DNA of 64,000 nucleotides from Bdellovibrionales bacterium (GTDB lineage Bacteria; Bdellovibrionota; Bdellovibrionia; Bdellovibrionales; UBA1609): NCBI GenBank assembly GCA_965205945.1, contig CBDBIB010000001.1, positions 192,001 to 256,000 of the forward strand, read 5' to 3'. Shown piece by piece: positions 59,083 to 64,000 of this stretch (position 1 is its first letter; each line of letters starts with the position of its first letter). The notes under the pieces were generated by a model. It saw only the letters and a program-made list of their open reading frames with translations, ran no database searches and was not told where the DNA came from. The position numbers and the translations under genes were made by a program.

Positions 59083-60435
59083 ATGATATTTTGTAATAAG
59101 ACACTAAATTTAAAGAAAATAAGTAATATTGGTCTAGATATGGATCATACGTTAGTTCAGTATCATAGCAAAGATTTTGAAAAACTTTCTTATAAAAGTA
59201 TGAAAACCAAGTTAATACAAAGAGGTTATTCAAAAGAGATTTCTAAGTTTAACTTTGATTATGATCGAGCAATCCGAGGTCTTGTCATTGATAAGGCTTC
59301 CGGAAATATCTTTAAAGTAAGTAGATATGGAATGGTTAAAACGGCTTATCATGGACTTTCTAAAATTGATTTTCAAGCTCAAAAAAAACAATTTGGAACA
59401 AAGTTTATAGATTTAAGTGACTCTAATTTTGATTGTGTGGACACTAATTTTTCAATTTCTCATGCCTGTTTGTTTTCACAGATTGTTGAATTAAAAGCTA
59501 AAAATCCAAGTTTAAACTTCCCAAATTTCTTAGAGCTAGCCGAGGAGCTTACTTCAGTTTTAGACGAATCACATAGAGATGGCTCTATTAAAAATGAAGT
59601 TACAAAAAATCCAGAAAAATATATTAAAAGAACAGAGGCTGTTGTTAGAGGTATTGAAAAATTTAAAAAACACGGCATAAAGTTTTTTATAGCTACAAAT
59701 TCTGATTATGCGTATACAAATAAAATTTTAAAATTTGCACTGGATCCATTTATAAAAACCGGCACATGGCGAGATCTCTTTGAGCATACGTTTACACTTT
59801 GCATGAAACCTAGATTTTTCTACACAAACTCTCCCTTATTAAAGGTTAATCCTAAAAATGGGAAAATGGAGAATTGGGATAAAACTATTGTTCCAGGTAT
59901 ATATCAAGGTGGATCAGCAAAGCTTTTATCAAAACAACTAAAGATCATGGATAATAATATTTTATACGTTGGAGATCATGTTTATGGTGATATCTTAATG
60001 TTAAAGAAAAACTGTGGTTGGAGAACCGCCCTTGTTATTGAAGAATTAGGTGAAGAAATAAAGCAAAATCAAAAAGCGCTAGCTGTTACAAATGAGATAA
60101 GAGTTTTAATGAATCAAAAATTAGAATTAGAATGCTTTTTAAATGAGCTTGTTGGTGAGCGTTTAGAAGAAGAAGTAGATAGATCTAAGGAAGAAAAAAA
60201 AATATTAGAACAAATTTTATCTCTAGATAAAAAACTTGTACCATTAATCAATGCAAGATCTCAAATCTATAATAAGCACTGGGGCCCTATTATGAGATCT
60301 GGAGTTGAAGAAAGTCAGTTTGCACATCAAGTTGAGGGGTACTCAGATATTTACATGGCAAGTATTACAGATCTGTTAGCAGAATCGCCACGAATGTATT
60401 TTAGATCTCATATTAGAAAAATGGCACATGATTAA
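59083..60435 (+). CDS. HAD-IG family 5'-nucleotidase (cN-II-like)
   Basis: GLDMDHTLVQY, ATNS, KPRFF, YVGDHVYGD, GWRT. Confidence 0.92.
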   Translation: MIFCNKTLNLKKISNIGLDMDHTLVQYHSKDFEKLSYKSMKTKLIQRGYSKEISKFNFDYDRAIRGLVIDKASGNIFKVSRYGMVKTAYHGLSKIDFQAQKKQFGTKFIDLSDSNFDCVDTNFSISHACLFSQIVELKAKNPSLNFPNFLELAEELTSVLDESHRDGSIKNEVTKNPEKYIKRTEAVVRGIEKFKKHGIKFFIATNSDYAYTNKILKFALDPFIKTGTWRDLFEHTFTLCMKPRFFYTNSPLLKVNPKNGKMENWDKTIVPGIYQGGSAKLLSKQLKIMDNNILYVGDHVYGDILMLKKNCGWRTALVIEELGEEIKQNQKALAVTNEIRVLMNQKLELECFLNELVGERLEEEVDRSKEEKKILEQILSLDKKLVPLINARSQIYNKHWGPIMRSGVEESQFAHQVEGYSDIYMASITDLLAESPRMYFRSHIRKMAHD

Positions 60436-60442
60436 ATTTTAG

Positions 60443-60976
60443 TTACTTTGCTGTATAAAAAAGACTGAAAATCTTTTTTTCTTCTTTGCAAATCGTAAAG
60501 TATATTTTTTTTTTCCATATTCTTTCAGGCCTTCTTTTTAAATTAAATAAAGCTGTATTTCTACAATCTGTTTTTTTAATGTCATGCTTTTCTAATATAG
60601 AAACCTTATAGCTATTAAATTTAAATTCATTTTTAGAAGGTGGAAACTTTTTTATAAGAGAGTGAACTACTTTAAAAGAAATTTTATCATTGTCTATTTC
60701 TTGAATCTTAACACCAAAACTCCTTTTCTTGAGTGGGAAAAGAGCCTTATAGATCGCTTCAGTGATTTCTTCAGGGGTGTTCACTGAGCTTGGTTTAATA
60801 AGTAAGGGACGAGGCTGTTTATAACCTTTTAATGTTTTAAAAACAAAGGCCATAGAAAGCATAAATCCTAAAAAAATAATTAAGACAGGAGCCCATAGCT
60901 CTTTTAAAAAGCTTTTAAAAGGCATTTTAAACTTATTCATAATTATAAACCTTGCAATTTTTTGAAAAAGGAGCAA
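60443..60976 (-). CDS. Hypothetical membrane protein
   Basis: ORF with one TM; exact start uncertain. Confidence 0.6.
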   Translation of the reverse strand: MLLFQKIARFIIMNKFKMPFKSFLKELWAPVLIIFLGFMLSMAFVFKTLKGYKQPRPLLIKPSSVNTPEEITEAIYKALFPLKKRSFGVKIQEIDNDKISFKVVHSLIKKFPPSKNEFKFNSYKVSILEKHDIKKTDCRNTALFNLKRRPERIWKKKIYFTICKEEKKIFSLFYTAK

Positions 60977-61014
60977 GTTTTATTTAAAGACTTGATCTTA
61001 AAAGGCAGGTACTT

Positions 61015-61737
61015 ATGACTACAAACTCCTTAAAAGAGCTTAAAAGCTCATCTATCCTACAAATTGGATTTGGACGCTTAGGCGTTCATTTGTACAAACA
61101 TTTAAATAGTTTTTTTCAAAATCCTATTCATTTATGTACCCAAAAAAATCAATTTAAAAAATTAATTAAAAACCAAAAAATTAAATATGTTTTTTTAAGT
61201 GTCCCAGATTCAAAAATATCAGATTATATTAATAAAATTCCTAAAGAAATTAAAATTATCCACTTTTCAGGCTTTTATTTTCATCCTAATGCAATAGGTA
61301 TTCACCCTATTCAAAGTTTTTCTAAAAAAGGCATATATAACTTTAACAATATAGATTTTGTGACTGATAGGGGTTTAGATAAAATCTTAACAATTTTTTT
61401 TAAGAAAAACCAATTTATAAACCCGAAAAATAAGAAAAAATACCACACCTACTTATCAGTAACAGCAAATTCATTACAGCTTTTAATGAATCAATTAGGT
61501 AATTCTTTTCAAAAAGAAACTGGCATGCCAAAAGAAATATTAAAAAAAATCACTATACAGTCTCTTAATACAGAACTTCTTTATGAAGAAGACAGTTTTT
61601 CGGGCCCTTGGACCCGTGGTGAGAGAAAACAACAAGAAAAAGAAGTGACAAAATCTAGAAATAGTACTTTAAAAGAATTAAATAAAATTTTTAAAAACCT
61701 TATAACAATATACCAAGATGAACGTCCCCCAGTTTAA
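61015..61737 (+). CDS. Rossmann-like/DUF2520 protein (PanG-like ketopantoate reductase candidate)
   Basis: IGFGRLG, LSVPDSKI, HFSG, HPIQSF, YH, SGPWTRG; overlaps panB start. Confidence 0.75.
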   Translation: MTTNSLKELKSSSILQIGFGRLGVHLYKHLNSFFQNPIHLCTQKNQFKKLIKNQKIKYVFLSVPDSKISDYINKIPKEIKIIHFSGFYFHPNAIGIHPIQSFSKKGIYNFNNIDFVTDRGLDKILTIFFKKNQFINPKNKKKYHTYLSVTANSLQLLMNQLGNSFQKETGMPKEILKKITIQSLNTELLYEEDSFSGPWTRGERKQQEKEVTKSRNSTLKELNKIFKNLITIYQDERPPV

Positions 61738-62497
61738 AAGCTCTAAAAATATAAAATTTCTTAGCATGGTAACCTGTTATGATGCTTTTTTTGCCAAAGC
61801 CTTAGAAAAAACAAACATTGACTCTATATTAGTTGGAGATTCCGTAGCCATGGTCGTATACGGTGAAAAATCTACAATAGGTGCTACAGTTGAGATGATT
61901 GCTAATCATGTAAGAGCAGTAAAATCTTCTTATAGTGGTCTAATCGTTGCTGATATTCCTTTCTTAACCGCTCAAAAGAGTCAAACCGCTTTTATCAAAG
62001 ATATTCAAAAGATCATGAGTGCCGGTGCTAACGCTGTTAAAATTGAAGGTGTTGATGGTATTGAAAATAAAATAAAATCCCTCATAAATACAGGAGTTCC
62101 TGTTATGGGACATGTAGGTTTAACTCCTCAATTTATAAATAAATTTGGAGGGTTTAAGGTTCAAGGAAGAAATCCTGAGGGTGAAAAGAAAATAATTTTT
62201 GATGCAAAAAAGCTAGAAGAATTAGGTTGTTATTCAATAGTTTTAGAATGTGTCCCTTCTAAAATTGCAAGCACTTTAACCAAAAAGCTTAAAATTCCAA
62301 CAATTGGGATTGGAGCAGGTTTAAATACTAATGGTCAAATCCTAGTATTGCAGGATTTGTTAGGGTTAAGTGATATGAATCTAAAATTTGTAAAACAATT
62401 TGAAAATTTTATGGAAAAAACAATATCTGCTGTAAATCAATACTGTCTTGAAGTGAGTGAGGCAAAATTTCCAAAAGAAGAGAATACATTTTTATGA
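61718..62497 (+). CDS. panB: 3-methyl-2-oxobutanoate hydroxymethyltransferase
   Basis: ILVGDS, AVKIEG, GHVGLTPQ, GGFKVQGR, PTIGIGAG. Confidence 0.97.
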   Translation: MNVPQFKSSKNIKFLSMVTCYDAFFAKALEKTNIDSILVGDSVAMVVYGEKSTIGATVEMIANHVRAVKSSYSGLIVADIPFLTAQKSQTAFIKDIQKIMSAGANAVKIEGVDGIENKIKSLINTGVPVMGHVGLTPQFINKFGGFKVQGRNPEGEKKIIFDAKKLEELGCYSIVLECVPSKIASTLTKKLKIPTIGIGAGLNTNGQILVLQDLLGLSDMNLKFVKQFENFMEKTISAVNQYCLEVSEAKFPKEENTFL

Positions 62498-63249
62498 AAA
62501 TTATAAAATCTGTTTTTGATGCACAAAATAAAATTCCTAAAAAATATTTAGGCTTTGTTGCTACAATGGGTGCCCTACATGAGGGTCATAGAGCATTAAT
62601 AAATAAATCTAAACAAGAAAATGATAAAACTTGTGTAAGTATATTTGTAAACCCAACACAATTTAACAATACTAAGGATTTTAAAACTTATCCTAGGAGA
62701 ACAGATGAGGATTTATCCTATTGTGAAAACCTAGGGGTTGATTATGTTTTTATTCCTAAATTATCTCAAATATATTATAACAAAGAAACTGTAAAAATAT
62801 CAGAGAAATTTTTGACAAAAAATTTTGAAGGCCTTCATAGGCCTAATCACTTTGATGGTGTTTTACAGATAATAATGAAACTTTTAAATATAATCTCCCC
62901 AAGCAAAGCTTATTTTGGAGAGAAAGATTATCAACAACTTAAGATTATTAAAAAAATGGTACAAGAATACTTTATAAATGTTAATATCATTAGTGTTCCT
63001 ATTTTAAGAGACTCCTCAGGATTAGCATTGTCGTCAAGAAACTATAAGTTATCAGAAAATGGCCTTCTTCAAGCTAGACAAATAGCTACAGCTTTTTTAA
63101 AAACAAACTCTAAGAAAGATTTTTTAAAAGAAACTGGATCAAAACTTAAGCTTGAATACTATGGATCTGAATGGGGAAGAACCCTAATAGCCCACTATGT
63201 AGAGGGCGTCCGGCTTATAGATAATAAGCCAGTAAAGGTTAACACATGA
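62494..63249 (+). CDS. panC: Pantoate--beta-alanine ligase
   Basis: TMGALHEGH, SIFVNPTQF, RPNHFDGV, FGEKDYQQ, GLALSSRN, RLIDN. Confidence 0.97.
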   Translation: MKIIKSVFDAQNKIPKKYLGFVATMGALHEGHRALINKSKQENDKTCVSIFVNPTQFNNTKDFKTYPRRTDEDLSYCENLGVDYVFIPKLSQIYYNKETVKISEKFLTKNFEGLHRPNHFDGVLQIIMKLLNIISPSKAYFGEKDYQQLKIIKKMVQEYFINVNIISVPILRDSSGLALSSRNYKLSENGLLQARQIATAFLKTNSKKDFLKETGSKLKLEYYGSEWGRTLIAHYVEGVRLIDNKPVKVNT

Positions 63250-64000
63250 AAATTCTAATAAAAATAAGTGGTTCAATCTCAGTATTTAAAATCTGTTTAG
63301 TTGTTTCTAAACTTGTAAAACAAGGTCACAAAGTTAAAGTTGCAACTACTCTAAGTAGTTTAAAATTTGTTGGCACCTCAACGTGGGAAGGCTTAAGTGG
63401 GAATAAAGTTTTTTGCGATGACTTTACCCCAGGACAACGGTTGGATCATATATATTTAAATGATTGGGCTGACCTTATAGTGTTAGCACCGGCTACAGCA
63501 CAAACACTCAATGTTATTTCAAATGGCGTAGGTTCAAATGTGATCACAACACTTTTTTTAGCCAGAAAAAAAACATGCCCATACTTAATTTTTCCAGCAA
63601 TGAACCCTCGAATGTGGGAAACAAAAACTGTTCAACAATCTGTGGAAAAACTTAAAAGTTTTGATAATGTAAGGGTCTTTAAACCTAAGTCAGGTTCTAT
63701 GGCCTGTAGTCATAACGGTGTCGGCAGACTTAATGAACCAAGCTTTATTTTAAATGAAATACTTAAGTTTGATATAAAAAATAAAAAAGCTTTGATAACA
63801 CTTGGTGGTACAACTGAGGATATTGATGGCGTCAGACAAATCACTAATTTTTCTTCAGGGGAAACTGGACTTGAAATAGCAAAAGCCCTTAAGAAACATT
63901 ATGAGGTGACCGTGGTGGCCTCAAAACAAGCTTTAAAAAATGCTCTAGATTTAGAAGGAATACGACTGATTCCCTTTTTAAATTTAAGTGACTTAACTAA
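63246..64000 (+). CDS. coaBC: Bifunctional CoaBC, 3' end outside window
   Basis: Manual translation from ATG 63246: ISGSISVFK, DHI, APATA, PAMNPRMW, MACSHNGVGRL, GGTTEDIDGVRQITNFSSG. Confidence 0.93.
   Translation, partial: MKILIKISGSISVFKICLVVSKLVKQGHKVKVATTLSSLKFVGTSTWEGLSGNKVFCDDFTPGQRLDHIYLNDWADLIVLAPATAQTLNVISNGVGSNVITTLFLARKKTCPYLIFPAMNPRMWETKTVQQSVEKLKSFDNVRVFKPKSGSMACSHNGVGRLNEPSFILNEILKFDIKNKKALITLGGTTEDIDGVRQITNFSSGETGLEIAKALKKHYEVTVVASKQALKNALDLEGIRLIPFLNLSDLT

Noticed and set aside
45612..59233. Long N-terminal extensions in track ORFs (FKBP 46466, S8 protease 48766, BCCP 54756, PilZ 59233)
   Set aside because: Downstream starts fit RBS or signal-peptide positions better; most of the extensions also overlap neighbouring genes.

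Overview
AT-rich (roughly 30% GC by eye) bacterial chromosome segment. The gene complement (tandem DUF507 pair, PEGA-domain Ser/Thr kinase, extended LspA, DacB, PBP1B, ETF-QO, sigma28-like promoters) suggests Bdellovibrionota; this is an inference, not a database result. Most of the window is housekeeping: the start of the dcw cluster (mraZ-rsmH-ftsL-ftsI), tdk-hpt, dacB, dsbD, rnpB, coaE, asnS, acyl-CoA carboxylase genes, pfkA and panB-panC-coaBC. The main accessory region is a degraded island of about 6 kb (~30247-36115) next to the 3' end of tRNA-Ala(GGC). It carries a signal peptide fused directly to an Rhs core/autoprotease and a putative toxin with no immunity gene, an IS3-family element abutting a fragment of a sister copy, two truncated convergent genes, a RelE/HigB-type TA pair whose promoter/operator is repeated as an orphan copy 4.4 kb away, and a tandem-HTH regulator. 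A second small rearranged locus (16611-17657) has an IS3 end remnant and two tandem genes with an identical 229-bp 5' part and different tails. Three single-base frameshifts cluster at 10.9-11.9 kb and may be assembly errors. No CRISPR array or rRNA was seen.
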